A stretch of DNA of 63,142 nt, the filler included, from Octopus bimaculoides (Eukaryota): assembly GCF_001194135.2 (NCBI RefSeq). It is 9 parts of 9 records of this genome, joined end to end, with 100 filler letters (N's around TTAATTAATTAA, not from the genome) between each part and the next. Parts side by side here need not be neighbours in the genome. Positions count along the whole stretch, not along the records: positions 1 to 3,872 come from NC_068996.1; positions 3,973 to 9,897 come from NC_068982.1; positions 9,998 to 12,923 come from NW_026298267.1; 6 more parts are not named here. One strand, written 5' to 3'. The position numbers and the translations under genes are program-made. Below are positions 1 through 12,923 of this stretch, in pieces (the stretch's first letter is position 1; the number at the start of each line of letters is the position of its first letter). Under the pieces are notes generated by a model. The model was not told the origin of the DNA and searched no databases. It saw only the letters and a list, made by a program, of their open reading frames with translations.

Positions 1-19
1 CGTATGTATGTGTAGATAG

Positions 20-198
<179 letters not shown>

Positions 199-637
199 AG
201 TTTAAGTCACAATATATGAATTCAACCAATCCGGTAGTACTCATAACATAAACTTCTTAATGTGTCATTCTACAAAACATAGAATATATAGTACAATATA
301 AGAAAAAACACCAGGAGTGTATAAAGTTATAAATAGCTGGAGACATATACTATGATAAAATTTATTTTATCATTGGAAATTCTTATTTAACGACAATTGT
401 TCCTCAGATAGTTTATTATACTAGATAGTTTATTATACTATATTTATAATAAATTGTAAATTACTTACATGTCTGCATCAATATAAACACGCTTTAAATT
501 AATGTAGATGTTAAGTTAGCTTTCGGGTTAAAAGAAATCCATGTTAAAAAAATAATCTTCCGACATAACGTTTCAAGAACGCTGAGTCGATATTTAAAAA
601 AAAAAACTTTAAAAATATGGAAGACAATAAGTATAAA

Positions 638-1009
638 GTTCTTCTTGCCTTTAACCCTCCAACGCGGAGTATAGGCCACTTATAATTGAATTCCATGTCG
701 CATAATTTCTCGCTTCTGTACTTATACTCTGCCATGAATGTACTCCTTTCTCTAGTTCCTTTTGTGTTGATCTACGCCACGAGTTCTTAGGCCTACCCCT
801 CTTTCTATATCCATCTGGATTCCACTGTAAAGCACTTTTCGTTGCATTTGGTGTGTCCTTTCTAATTGTGCTACCAATCCACTTCCACTTTTTCTTAAAT
901 ATTTGCTCCCTAATCGGAACTTGATTCGTTCTTTGCTATAGCTCCATATTGCTTATGTGTTCGGGCCGTTTAGTTTTAAGTATACTACGCAAGCATCTGT
1001 TGATGAAGT
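638..1009 (-). mobile_element. 5'-truncated RTE-clade LINE, 3' end
   Basis: Minus strand reads FINRCLRSILKTKRPEHISNMEL*QRTNQVPIREQIFKKKWKWIGSTIRKDTPNATKSALQWNPDGYRKRGRPKNSWRR...ALEG* (stop at 651-653), the typical RTE C-terminus. Short AAGAAGAAC tail. ATAAGTATAAA at 627-637 and 1010-1020 is a candidate TSD. Confidence 0.88.
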
Positions 1010-1208
1010 ATAAGTATAAAATAAGTATAAAATTAATAGAAATTAATAAGACAGTTTTTTAGAGAAGGGAAGAAAATTTTAGTAAGATATTAAAAGATAA
1101 CTTGTAGATAATTTTGGTATAAGAAAAGGAAAATCAAATTTATCATTTATAATCTAGAATATAAAAGTTCGTAAAGATACAGAAAAAATAATAACTAAGT
1201 GAAACTAT

Positions 1209-1442
1209 GTGGAGGCGCGTGGCTGAGTGGTTAGGGTGTCAGCACCATGATCGTAAGATTGTGGTTTCGATTCTTGGACCGGCGACGTTGATTTCACGTT
1301 GCTCCAGTCCACTCAGCTGACAAAAATGAGTGACGCTGCGATGGACTCGCATCCCGTCCAGCCGGGGAACACATACGCCATTGAAACCTGGAAACCGGGT
1401 CCATGAGCCTGGCTAGGCTTTAAAAGGGCACATTTATTATTT
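1209..1442 (+). mobile_element. tRNA-derived SINE (family D, CORE-like centre), full length
   Basis: A-box TGGCTGAGTGG, B-box-like GGTTTCGATTC, central TTGCTCCAGTCCACTCAGCTG, (ATT)n tail. Perfect 13-bp TSD TAAGTGAAACTAT at 1196-1208 and 1443-1455. Confidence 0.88.
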
Positions 1443-1488
1443 TAAGTGAAACTATACAAAAGTTATTAGAGACAATATTTACGAAATA

Positions 1489-1884
1489 CAGTGATACCTC
1501 GCAGTACGAGTTTAATTTAATTCGTTTATGATCGAGCTCGTCTTATGATTTACTCGTTTTACAAATCAATTTTCCCCATTGAAATTAACTAAATTATAAT
1601 TAATCCGTTCCAGCCACTCCCCGCCACCCAACCACGCAAAAATAATTTGTACGGGTTTTAAAACAGAAAAGGTGTAGTTACAAGTAAAATGACAATTATT
1701 AAAAAAAGAATGCAAAAGAAATATGTAAATTGGTTTTATTAACTAAATTACCTTAAAGATTGGACGGTTAATATATTCATACTGCGGATTTCCGGTCGTA
1801 CTTCAAGACAAAAATTCGCACGAGCCTCAGCTTGTACAGCAAATTACACGTACAATGAGGCATTCGTAATGCGTAGTTCTATTG
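1489..1884. mobile_element. Tigger/pogo-like non-autonomous DNA transposon (MITE)
   Basis: TA|CAGTGATACCTCGCAGTACGAG at the left; degenerate inverted copy TTCGTAATGCGTAGTTCTATTG|TA at the right (about 14/22 match). Confidence 0.55.
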
Positions 1885-2140
1885 TATAGGGTTTGATATC
1901 TACAAGAAAAATACGAACAACATTGAATTAACAATTAGAATTTCAAAGTTATATGTAAATAGAGAATAGGTTGTAATGAAGAATAAGAGTAATATTATTT
2001 GGCATTGTTGGTAGGGATAGATTGAAGTATATAAAGTAAAGACATAGATTGGTAATAATGATATGCTTTCGTTGAAATAATGTTTGAAAATACGTAATTA
2101 TTGTGATTATACAGCGAGGTATATTAGAAAAATTTGCCCA

Positions 2141-3150
2141 GGCGCAGGAGTGGCTGTGTGGTGGCGAGGAAGCTGGGAGTGTTTTGCACCAGGTAAATGG
2201 AAGCCAAAAACAAGGGAAAGAAAAAGCAAGGGGTCTACCCTGGTGGTCGGATGCCTGTCCTTCAGGAAAGCCATTACAAATTGCATATGTAATGAGCAAT
2301 GCTTCAATCGAACGTTGTAAATATAATCAAAATATTATTGTATATTTAAAATTGTAAATATTTAATCGATACAGCTACTTCACACCTTTTATGTCTGTCT
2401 GTTCTTGTTCGTCCCTTCTTTGTAATGCCTTTATGGCAAATATTTATGAAACAAAGTAGCTTGTTTACCAACCACATGGTCCCGGGTTCAGTCCCACTGC
2501 GTGGCACCTTGGACAAGTGTCTTCTACTATAGCCTCGGGCTGACCAAAACCTTGTGAGTGGATTTGGTAGACGGAAACTGAAAGAAGTCCGTCGTATATA
2601 NNNNNNNNNNNNNNNNNNNNNNNNNNNNNNNNNNNNNNNNNNNNNNNNNNNNNNNNNNNNNNNNNNNNNNNNNNNNNNNNNNNNNNNNNNNNNNNNNNNN
2701 NNNNNNNNNNNNNNNNNNNNNNNNNNNNNNNNNNNNNNNNNNNNNNNNNNNNNNNNNNNNNNNNNNNNNNNNNNNNNNNNNNNNNNNNNNNNNNNNNNNN
2801 NNNNNNNNNNNNNNNNNNNNNNNNNNNNNNNNNNNNNNNNNNNNNNNNNNNNNNNNNNNNNNNNNNNNNNNNNNNNNNNNNNNNNNNNNNNNNNNNNNNN
2901 NNNNATATATATATGTGTGTGTATGTGTGTTTGTGTGTCTGTGTTTGTCCCCCCAACATCACTTGACAACCGATGCTGGTGTGTTTACACCCCCGTAACT
3001 TAGCGGTTTGGCAAAAGAGACCGATAGAATAAGTACTAGGCTCACAAAGAATAAGTCCTGGGATCGATTTGCTCTACTAAAGGCAGTGTTCCAGCATGGC
3101 CACAGTCAAATGACTGAAACAAGTAAAAGAGCAAAAGAGTAAAAGAGAGT
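2141..3150 (+). mobile_element. tRNA-derived SINE family A with internal microsatellite; head interrupted
   Basis: Head GGCGCAGGAGTGGCTGTGTGGT (2141-2162) resumes as AAGTAGCTTG at 2454. Body ...GGCACCTTGGACAAGTGTC..., internal (TA/TG)n with gap, tail CAGTCAAATGACTGAAACAAGTAAAAGAG shared with other copies in the window. Confidence 0.85.
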
Positions 3151-3744
3151 AAGAGTATAAGCGTCCTATAATCATTATTAGTATCTATATAAGTTCAAAA
3201 TTTGAATCACCATTATATTCAAAGTGGTTAGGTATTATTATCAGGATTGTAAATAATTATATTTAGTAAAATAATAGAGATAAGGTAATAGAAAAATAAG
3301 CATACATATACATGTGTGTGTGTGTGTGTGTGTACTTATTTTATTAAAGCTGCAAAAACATCAGAAAAAAGCTGTTACACAAAGTTTCACGTTTCCGTTC
3401 GTCGGACAGTTGTGAAAAAGACTGGGATAACATTGTTTTGGCGCATGTAATATATGATTTGATATAATCCAACTTGACAAGTAAGAATTTGAATTTGATT
3501 GGGTAAACTATTTTGAAAGCATAAACGGTGTTGTATTCGCTAACGATTGGGCTGGTTGGCGGGCGGGTGTATAAATTGAACTGTAGAATATAAATATATC
3601 ATATTATATGATATCGAAAACTCTTGGGTCACAATTTTTGGGATGTATTTTTTTGTAGCTTTAATAGAAAGGCATATTACTTTACCTTCGGGATTCGAGT
3701 ACTATCTTTTCCATCTTGTTTTGTATTTATGTGCTTACTCGTGA

Positions 3745-3872
3745 GTATACATATACATACATACATACATACATACATACATACATACATACATACATAC
3801 ATACGTACATACAAACAAACAAACATACATACATACAAACAAACAAACATACATACATACATACATACATAT
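3745..3872. repeat. (TACA)n microsatellite
   Basis: Direct repeat run ending in a gap. Confidence 0.95.
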
Positions 3873-3916
3873 NNNNNNNNNNNNNNNNNNNNNNNNNNNN
3901 NNNNNNNNNNNNNNNN

Positions 3917-3928
3917 TTAATTAATTAA
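3917..3928. other. Artificial gap linker TTAATTAATTAA (one of eight)
   Basis: Palindromic 12-mer with stops in all six frames, centred in 44N+12+44N = 100 bp gaps. Also at 9942, 12968, 24563, 30708, 52567, 57576 and 61980. Confidence 0.95.
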
Positions 3929-3972
3929 NNNNNNNNNNNNNNNNNNNNNNNNNNNNNNNNNNNNNNNNNNNN

Positions 3973-5134
3973 ATTTTTTTCTAGTTAATTTTAGTTAATT
4001 TTTGTTTATTTTCAGATCATTAAAATGGAATGTCAAGTTAAGAAAAACGAGCATTTTCGACACCTCCTTCTTTTTGCTTTTAACCAAGGTTCTAAGGCCG
4101 TAAAAGCTGCTCGCGACATTTGTGCTGTGTATGGAGAGGGTGCCATAGCTGAAAGAACCGTTCGTGATTGGTATTGCCAAGTTCAAAAATGGAAATTTTG
4201 ACCTCAAAGACGCACCTCGTTCTGGCCATCCTGTTGAGTTAGGTGAAAAGGGATTAAATCAACTTTTGCACGAAAATTCTCCTCAAACGACAAAGGAACT
4301 GGCAGCGAAAATGGAATACTCCCACACTGCTATAGAGAAGCATCTTCATTCGATGGGAAAAGTTCAGAAGTATGGAGCATGAGTTCCGCATGTTTTAAGT
4401 GACAACAAAAATCAACAAGCCACAGTCTCCGCTGGTTTGCTTGCTCGTCACCGCTCAACTCATGAACACAAGCAACGATTTCTTTACCAAATCGTTACTG
4501 GCGACGAAAAATGGTGCCTGTACATCAATATGAGGCAGCGTAAGGAATGGCTTAACCCCGGTAAACAAGCGACACGGCGCGTGAAACAAGATCTTCATCC
4601 GCGTAAAACGATGTTGTACGTATGGAATGACTAGGAAGGGATTATTCATTACGAATTGCGTGAATGGAAGCAAACGGTCAACGCGTAACTCTATGTTCAA
4701 CAGAGGGAATGTCTCAACACGGCTATTCAAAAGAAAATACCTAATCGGCAGCATGGAGTTCTTCTGCTGCACGACAACGCCCGCCCTCATTTCGCCAATA
4801 TGACCAAGGAAGCTATTCAAACGCATGACTGGGAAGTGCTGCCACACCCGCCGTACTCTCCTGATTTGGCATCAACGGATTTCCACTTGTTTCGATCTCT
4901 TTCAAATGCTATGCTCGGAGTTTCGTTCAATACTGATGCAGAATCGAGAGCTTGGTTGGATCAATTTTTCGAGTCGAAATCGGGTGCTTTCTCCCAACGA
5001 GGTATTGGATATCTTGTTGAACGTTGGGAAGAAGTTGTAAACAACAAGGGTGAATGTATTATAGATTAGTTAGTTGTTATTAAACCTTTTAAAAAATTAA
5101 AATTTAAAAAAACGGTGGGAACTTAGTTGCCAAC

Positions 5135-5138
<4 letters not shown>
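3973..5138 (+). mobile_element. mariner (DD34D) DNA transposon, 5' TIR lost in gap
   Basis: Transposase remnant plus 3' TIR AACTTAGTTGCCAACCCAA followed by (TA)n. Confidence 0.95.
4025..5069 (+). pseudogene. mariner transposase pseudogene
   Basis: MECQVKKNEHFRHLLLFAF...; motifs (W>*)VPHVL, TGDEKW, HDNARPH, HPPYSPDLASTDFHLF. A frameshift near 4170 and several stops. Confidence 0.95.
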
Positions 5139-5164
<26 letters not shown>

Positions 5165-5165
<1 letters not shown>

Positions 5166-8100
5166 GGTGGTTGTCTAATCCTTATACAGAGTTTGACCAC
5201 CTCATGTGCCTACACCTCAGCACCACTATGGTGTCTGATGCGGCTTTTTAAACCAATGTTCTGAAAAGAAACCCACCTAGATTGCACCTCTGATTTGGAT
5301 CACCAATACTTGCAGATAAGTTCTGCTCTTTGTGGATATTAAAATGTCTTTTGAGGTCTCCGTTGGATTTGTAAACCTTCTAACATACAAAGCATTCAAA
5401 GGTGTGCACAGATATATAGGCAGAATAGTTGGTGGAAGTTCGTTTTCCATGCGTTCGCAGATGAGATTTGAGGCCAGCAAAAGACAGGCATGGTCTGTCA
5501 CAGACTGTGCACACAAAAAGGTCATTGTCATTCACCTTCTCGATTGTTACACTCTTCCTTAGATCTCTTTCGAGTCTTACTTGCGTTATCCTGGCCTCTT
5601 CAAATGCTTTCACTTCACTCCACACCTTTGTTTGCCATCCAACTCGATCCGAAGCAAGGATTTCTATATCTTCTGGAACCATTCCAAGTAACTTCATAGT
5701 AGTCCTTATGCTATCATTAAACCTTTTTTAGGTTTACGCCGATAGCGTTTCCCCTCTGTAAGCTCACCATAAAACAGCTGTTTCGGCATGCGTTTATCTG
5801 CCATTCGAACGATATGGCCACACCATCTCAATTAGTTCCTCAAAATCATAGCTTTAATTGAGGTGATGCCTGCAGATGCAAAGACATCTGTGTTTGGAGT
5901 AAAAGAACTCCATTTAATTCCTAAAATGCGATGAAGGCATTTTCGGTAGAATTGTTCTAACAGATTAAAATGCCTTTCATAACAAGTCCAAGTTTCACAG
6001 GAATGCAACAGGGCTGGTAAGACAAATGATTTGTAAAGAGCCAGCTTTGTATTCTTATTTATTTATCGCTGGCACCAAACGCGTGACTCCAAGCCACCAA
6101 ATGCTTTTGCTTCCCTTTGAATTCGTAGCTGCATTTCTGTATCAAGATTTCCATAATTTTGAACAGACCTTCCAAGGTAGACGAACGAATCGACAACCTT
6201 AAGTAACTTTCCCGTAACAACAATTTTAGGGGGGGGGGGTTACAAACAGCACCACATGCAGGTTGATGCATTACAACTGTTTTCTTTTTCAAGTTGATGG
6301 TCAAGCCAAAATCACCACAAACTGAGTCAAATGCAGATACAGGAGATTGCAGATCTGTTTCAGAATGACTGACAAGATCGTAATCGTCAGCATACAAAAG
6401 TTTCCTAATGAGTGAAGGAGAAACCTTCGTTTTGAATGTATAAATACCCTCATCAGAGTTTCGAAAAGCATGTGACAACACAACAGCAAAGTATATTGCA
6501 AAGAGAGTCGGTGCATCAAGGTCTCCTTACTTTACTCCATTTTTCACAGCAAAACATTCAGAGAGCCTACCACCAAAATTAACTTTAGCTTTCATATCTT
6601 GATGCAAAGCCCTGACCATGTTTACAAATTTTTCTGGGCAACCTATTTTCCTTAGAATTAGCTACAGAGCATTTCGATTAACAGTATCGAATGCTTTGCT
6701 CAAATCAACAAAGCAATGGTATAGAACAAGATTCTGTTCAATGCACTTTCTTGTAATTGTCTGACAGTAAAGATACAATCAGCTGTGCCCCTGGAGGAAC
6801 GAAAACCACACAGAGACTCAGACACTATATTTGGAACTATAAAGGTATTTAAACGTTCTAAAAAAATGCGGCCAAGTACCTTTCTAACCACAGACAAAAG
6901 CGAAATACCACGAAAATTACCACACAAATCCTTTGGTCCCGATATATACAAGGAGACTAAAATGGAATTATTCCAGTCTTGAGGCACTTTCTCAGTTCTC
7001 TAACAGTGACAAATTAATATATTTAAGAATTCAAACATTTTTTCACCCCCATATTTCAAAACTTCTGCACAGATTCCATCAGACCCTGGAGACTTATTGT
7101 TATTCAGCTTATTCACAGCTAAATAAATGTCATTTAGAGTTGGTTCTATAACTGGAAGGTGTTCAATTTTTCCTATGGTCCTCATGTCAACGGATGATGG
7201 TCTATTCAAAAGTGCAGAAAAATGTTCTACCCAACGCTTATGAATAGAAGCGGTGTCACTCAGAAGAAAACGTCCATTTGCTGTTCTCACTGGAGCTATT
7301 GAGGAAGATTTTGGGCCATATACCTCCTTAACATATGAGTACAAACCCTTGGCATCATTTCTATCAGCTGCTTCTTGTGCCTCTTTTGTTCTATCATTCC
7401 ACCATTCCTGTTTAATTTTCCTTAGAGCAGTCTGCACTTTCCTTTTCATCTTTCTGTAAGCTTCGTTTGTGTTGGGGTTCAAGGACTGAGAAAGAAGTGT
7501 ATTGCCTAAGTTTTGTTTTTCTAAAAGTAGATAAGGAATTTCCGCTGATCTATATGAGAACCAATCACTGGATTTATGAGATTGAAATCCCACTGACGAA
7601 CTTGCAGCCTGAAATACTTTTGTTTTGAAATCTTCCCATAGATTGTTGGATCAAGATTGATACTTTCTATAACATCGTGGAGTCTTTGCAAGTTGCTTGA
7701 TTGTTTAAAGTTTGCAACATTTAACTTTTTGGGTACCTTAGGACCAGACTGTCGATTTTTAGGCATTATCAAAAAATCTATTTTCCCACGCACTAGATGA
7801 TGGTCAGTCCAGCTCTCTGCCCCTCTCATGACCCGAACGCTAGAAACGTCTTTCATATCACGTTTCCTAATCAGAATATAATCTATGAGATGCCAGTGCT
7901 TAGAACTTGGGTGCATCCAGGTGGTTTTATATTTATTTTTCTGCTTAAACAGAGTGTTGGTGACAACCAGATTATTCTCAGTACAAAACGTCAAAAGAGC
8001 TACTCCATTTTTATTGCATTTTCCAATCGTATGTAGACCTAACACAGGCCATGAAACATAGTCCTTTCCAACTCTTGCATTGAAATCTCCCAAAATGACC

Positions 8101-8940
8101 AGCTTGTCCGAAATTGGCACTTTCCTCAATAATTGTGCTAGATCGTCATAAAACTGTCCTACAGTTTTATCAGAATGGGACATTGTTGGTTCATGAATAC
8201 TGACAACGGTAAGAAACCTATCTTTTGTCAGTTTTATACGGTATGACATAATCCGTTCAGATATACCACTTGGAAGCTTTGCAATGGAGGATACTAATGT
8301 ATTCTTGAGAGCAAACCCAACACCAGATTCTCTACGCTGACCCTCAGGTAGGTCTCTCCAAAAGATAGTATATCCATAAGTAGGTTCAGAGAGCGCAACT
8401 ATATCAAGGGAATATTTCTTGAGCTCACATGCAATAAGTGCAGCACGCTTTTCTGGCCTCTTGTTGAAATTATCATCAAGAAGTGTGCGCACATTCCAAC
8501 AACCGAAATTCAAAGGATGTTTATTTTTACTTTTTCTTGAAGATTGTTTGACCACAGTGGCATGATGACGACCGGGTCCATCCTGTGATACACTGCGACA
8601 CCTGCCGAGCCAGACCTGTTCCCCTGGAATTCCCAGGCCTTTTTTGCCATTTACTGAATCTGTTTGAGATATTTTAGAGTAAGTTACAAGTGCATTTTTA
8701 GGTTTCTGCCAACAAACCAATTGAATGATTTTACTAAGATTTGGAGTACAGGAAATACCTGTGCAGATGAATAATTTCAAATGGCTGTAGCTTGCACTGC
8801 ATTACCCCCACCTATTAGCCCAAGAAAGACTTTCGCCGGTGTGACATGAAAATTGACAAAACCAGGAACTTCCAAGGCCTCATGTTTTATTTCGAAGATT
8901 TCTTCCTCCTAGGTAGATTACCAACCAAGGTTAAAGAGCT
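5165..8940 (-). mobile_element. Near full-length RTE-clade (BovB-like) LINE, degenerate
   Basis: 5' UTR-like motif (AACCTTGGTTGGTAATCTACCTAGGAGGAAG), APE endonuclease, RT, C-terminal C2H2 finger, and a tail ...GACAACCACCA abutting (TA)n. Confidence 0.92.
5380..8525 (-). pseudogene. RTE ORF (APE endonuclease + reverse transcriptase + C2H2 finger), fragmented
   Basis: LNFGCWNVRTL, DIVALSE, ILGDFNARVG, TTWMHP..KHWHLIDY, WTDH; KSPGSDGI, NFRGISLLS, GFRSSRGTADCIF, LLYADD, FGLTINLKK; CTVCDRPCLSFAGLKSHLRTH. Spread over several frames. Confidence 0.93.
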
Positions 8941-9997
8941 TCTACCTACCCATGAGGTAAGCCATCCCATTCCAGACACCAAACCGACGTTCAGACACTC
9001 TATAAAGTGATCAAATATCACTCCAGTGACTGACGCGAAGTAGCTCATTCATAAAAAAAGAAAGGTACGATATGTGATTTTCAAATGTAAATAAGAATTA
9101 TATATAAATATAAAAAAGTAAAAGATATGCAATAAATATAAATATATATATAAACGTAAAAATATACATATATATATATACATATTAAAAAAAACTTTAA
9201 AAGGTACGATGTGTGAATAATAATTACATATAAATAATATTGTATAAAGAAAAGTTAAAGATATGCAATTAAAAGATATAAAATAATATATATATATACT
9301 ATATATAAAACAGATGTGTGTGTAATTGCTTTTCACGTGAAATCGACTTCACAAAATGTTTCCATACTTGTGATGCGTGAATAATTTGACGTCGGATAAA
9401 TCTTAGGCTCTTCATTTGATTTTTTTAATTAAAAATAAATAATATTGCTTTATATTTACGATTCACTTCTTTAAAAAGGTTCCCCAATGTCAACTTCCGG
9501 TATTGACGTAACAACGGCAAAAAGCTTTTACTCTCTATTTTGTGTGTGAGTGTGTGTGTTCGTGTGTATGAGAGAGAAAGAGAGAGAGAGTAAATACTAC
9601 ATACACACCGCTCTCTCACTCTGTCTCACACACATACACACGCACACACACACCCCTTGACTCACTCACACTCTGTCTCTTACAAACACACACATACATA
9701 AATGTATAAAAACATATTTACAAAGACACACGTGTGTATGCGCGCGCGTGCGTGTTTGTAAGACACAGAGTGTGAGTGAGTCAAGGGCTGTGTTATCATA
9801 TGCATACATCCAAAGATGTATGTATATTTATGCATGTACGTATACATGACAACAAACCTCTCTCTCTCACTCACACTCTGTCTCTTACAAACACACANNN
9901 NNNNNNNNNNNNNNNNNNNNNNNNNNNNNNNNNNNNNNNNNTTAATTAATTAANNNNNNNNNNNNNNNNNNNNNNNNNNNNNNNNNNNNNNNNNNNN

Positions 9998-10317
9998 TAT
10001 ATATAGGATATTCGATGAATATGAAAAGACGTATCAATAACCATTTTTCATCTTTTAGACTCAAACATCAAGCCAATTGTACGTCCTTATCTAGCAAGAT
10101 TTGGGAACTGAACGAAAGCGGGATCGAATTTAGTCTTAAATGGGATATAATACGGAGAGCGCAGCCTTATAGAGATAGTCGATACGAGCGTGAGCTGTGC
10201 TCTATGGAAACTTATGAGATTTTTAAGTATAAGGACCAGAACAACCTGATTAATGATAGATTAAACCTAAGTGTATCATGCATGCATAGCGTCACCCGTA
10301 CATTTAAATATTTTTGA
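9998..10317 (+). mobile_element. Penelope-like element, GIY-YIG endonuclease C-terminal fragment
   Basis: KRRINNHFSSFR...TSLSSKIWELNE..IEFSLKWDII..AQPY...ELCSMETYEI...NLIN.R..L..SCMH matches the C-terminal half of PLE endonucleases; the N-terminal part is lost in the gap. Confidence 0.8.
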
Positions 10318-11866
10318 AACTAACGATTATAGGTGCCATACTTAAACTTTGATGGAAATTAATTTTGTTGTATCCGTTATAAACTTACTCGCTAGTATTA
10401 AATATAATAAAATCATGGGATATTAAGCTATATGTTAAATTAATTGCATTGCATATGTTATAAGCTATATGTTATGGTATGTGGTGTGCTATGTATAATA
10501 CTATCTCATAACTCCTGCCTAGTTAGTTTGACTTCATCCTACCTTGGTGATTACGCTATTTTCCTTTCTATGATGTTCTACCCTACTGATCATATAATGT
10601 ATATTTGTAGTGAGCTTTATGTAAATCTCCTTTCGACTAAATTATATAACCCCCCCCCCCACTTAGAAACTATAAAATTATACTTACAATAGCACCTATA
10701 ACATTACAACTTGAAAAATTTCTTCGGTCTGAACACCTTTAACTGCCCTCACTACGTCCATACCTATTACTCCCTCTTATCGGGCTGCCTTTATTTTTTC
10801 CCTACCGCAAATTTTAATCCCCTGTCTCTTTAAATGTAGGTTATATGTATTTCTTATTTTTTCCTATAAATTCTTATTATTTTGTTTTCTTATTTTGATA
10901 TCCTTACCTCTTATCCCTTATAAATTGTTATTTTTCTTGTTCTTAAATAGATATTTTTCAGTTACTTAAGTCTATGCGAGATGGTTATACTATATACATA
11001 TAAACGTATAAATATTTGTGTATGTGTATATGTGTATATCTGCATGTATGCACATATATAAATGTGTGTGTATCTGTACGCATCTTTATTTTTTTCTGAT
11101 TCATGGCTTAAAATTAAAATATAGATAGCATGGTTATCTTTCCAGTTATTCCATAAGTAAATGCCCTGAGCAGTCTTTATAGAAACCACCTAATAAGTAA
11201 TTAATTAAGTACATGAATGAATATTAAACTGATTCTATGTAATCTTTCCTTTCTAATGTTTATAATTGATATATACACACATTTTACCTTTGGTTATGAT
11301 ATCATTTATGAATATCTTAAATTTTATTCTTTATACAACATAACAATATTGTTTATAAAAGATCACACATAATGCTCCAAAATAAAAATTTCCTCTGTAT
11401 TAACATCTTAGGTTTCTTAACGTCTTGCCCCTTTGACTGGTATCATGAGTTAAGGTCTTTCCCTACCCAGCCTCTTTTTATAGACAGTTACTTTATATCC
11501 AATTGACTACTCCTAATGTTATCTTTCCGCTCCGAGGAAAAGGATACGTATAACAATATTTATGACAATACGTATAACCATAAGCTGCCAACTCACTCTT
11601 GTCCTTTATTGATAAGAGACACAGTCTTCTAGTCTTAGATTTAATAGTTGATAAAGAGATAAATGAATTAGAAATGAATTACAATCCTTTACAACACTAT
11701 GACCCCTTTAGGCTTTATGCGATTCTTGGAAGTGTCGCCTATTTTTAGCTACAATAGCGATAACGTGAATTTCTTCCATCTTGTTGCTATGTTAAAATAT
11801 TTGAGAAAAATTATATTAATGTGTCCGACTGGTTAAAATTCTAGTTATTTATTTATTTATTTATTT

Positions 11867-11954
11867 GTGCAGCTGAAGATGGTACTGTATTAAAATTGAT
11901 GCAATGATTGCATTGTTCAGTTAAATGGAGCCGCTTGAAATGGTCGTACTGCAT
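11867..11954 (+). ncRNA. Type I hammerhead-like ribozyme remnant
   Basis: GTGCAG/CTGCAT stem I, CTGAAGA, long interrupted stem II, GAAA, short stem III, GTA triplet. The base of stem II is imperfect. Confidence 0.45.
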
Positions 11955-12486
11955 CACTGCTTGATATCATGTTGCTTATTTTGATTACATATATATATGT
12001 ATATACATACATAACTACACACACACACACCTACACACGTACGCACTCACACACACGTACGCAAACACTCACCCATACACACCGTGTGAGGCCGAAAGAC
12101 ATTAATTATTGCTGGAAATTGAAATCTTTTATGACAGTGCGTTGAGTTAGAAATTTGCTAATATGAAGAGTGTATATAATATTCCTTGGGTTCTTTGTGT
12201 CCACGCTGGTGAATATGTGAAATATTTCTAAATTAATTGCCAACTAAAGAACAAATAATTGCAATTATAATGTGTAATAGATTTTCTCTATATTTCTTTG
12301 ATGGTTTAATTTTTTTTTTCTTCATGAAATAAATTCTCTCCGTTTATTTCCAATTATAACTGTATGTTCTTCCAACATCGCTTTCCATAAGTTTTCAAAA
12401 CGAATACATAGAATTTTCTGTGTGATTATATATGTGTTTGCATGTTTTTTTTTGTTTTTTTTTTATGGTGTTGTATTTGTCTGTGT

Positions 12487-12735
12487 GTGGAGGCGCAATT
12501 GCCCAGTGGTTAGGGCAGCGGACTCGCAGTCATAGGTACGCGGTTTCGATTCCCAGTCCGGGTGTTGTGAGTGTTTATTGAGCGAAAACACCTAAAGCTC
12601 CACGAGGCTCCGGAAGGGGGTGGTGCTGAACCCTGCTGTATTCTTTCACCACAACTTTCTCTCATTCTTTCTTCCTGTTTCTATTATGCCTGTATTTCAA
12701 AGGGCCAGCCTTGTCACCCTGTTTCACGCTGTACC
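12487..12735 (+). mobile_element. tRNA-derived SINE family C, 5' part
   Basis: TTGCCCAGTGG A-box-like and GGTTTCGATTCCC B-box-like motifs. Body AACTTTCTCTCA...CTTCCTGTTTCT overlaps the copy at 17398-17610. Confidence 0.82.
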
Positions 12736-12861
12736 TAGGGCCTCATTATAATTATACTTAATTCGTAGTATTGAAGAGTTGTGTTTTAATACGTGGAACG
12801 CCTCTTCTAAGCATAGCTTAGTATCCTGATATTGTTCTTGTAATATTTGTGTGTTGTGAAG

Positions 12862-12923
12862 GCTGCGAGCTAGCAAAACCGTTATCACGCCGGGCGAAAT
12901 GCTTAGCGGTATTTCGTCTGTCT
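12862..12923 (+). mobile_element. SINE family B head, truncated by gap
   Basis: GGCTGCGAGCTAGCAAAACCGTTATCACGCCGGGCGAAATGCTTAGCGG matches the other family B heads. Confidence 0.8.

Noticed and set aside
1209-1290. tRNA genes at SINE heads
   Set aside because: A/B boxes are present, but there is no complete cloverleaf and each continues into a SINE body.
8795-8880. Possible HDV or hammerhead ribozyme in the 5' UTR of the long RTE (CCGGCGAAAG...GGGCTAATAGGTGG, minus strand)
   Set aside because: A hairpin followed by CTAAT is present, but I could not place P1, P2 or P3, and there is no CUGANGA.
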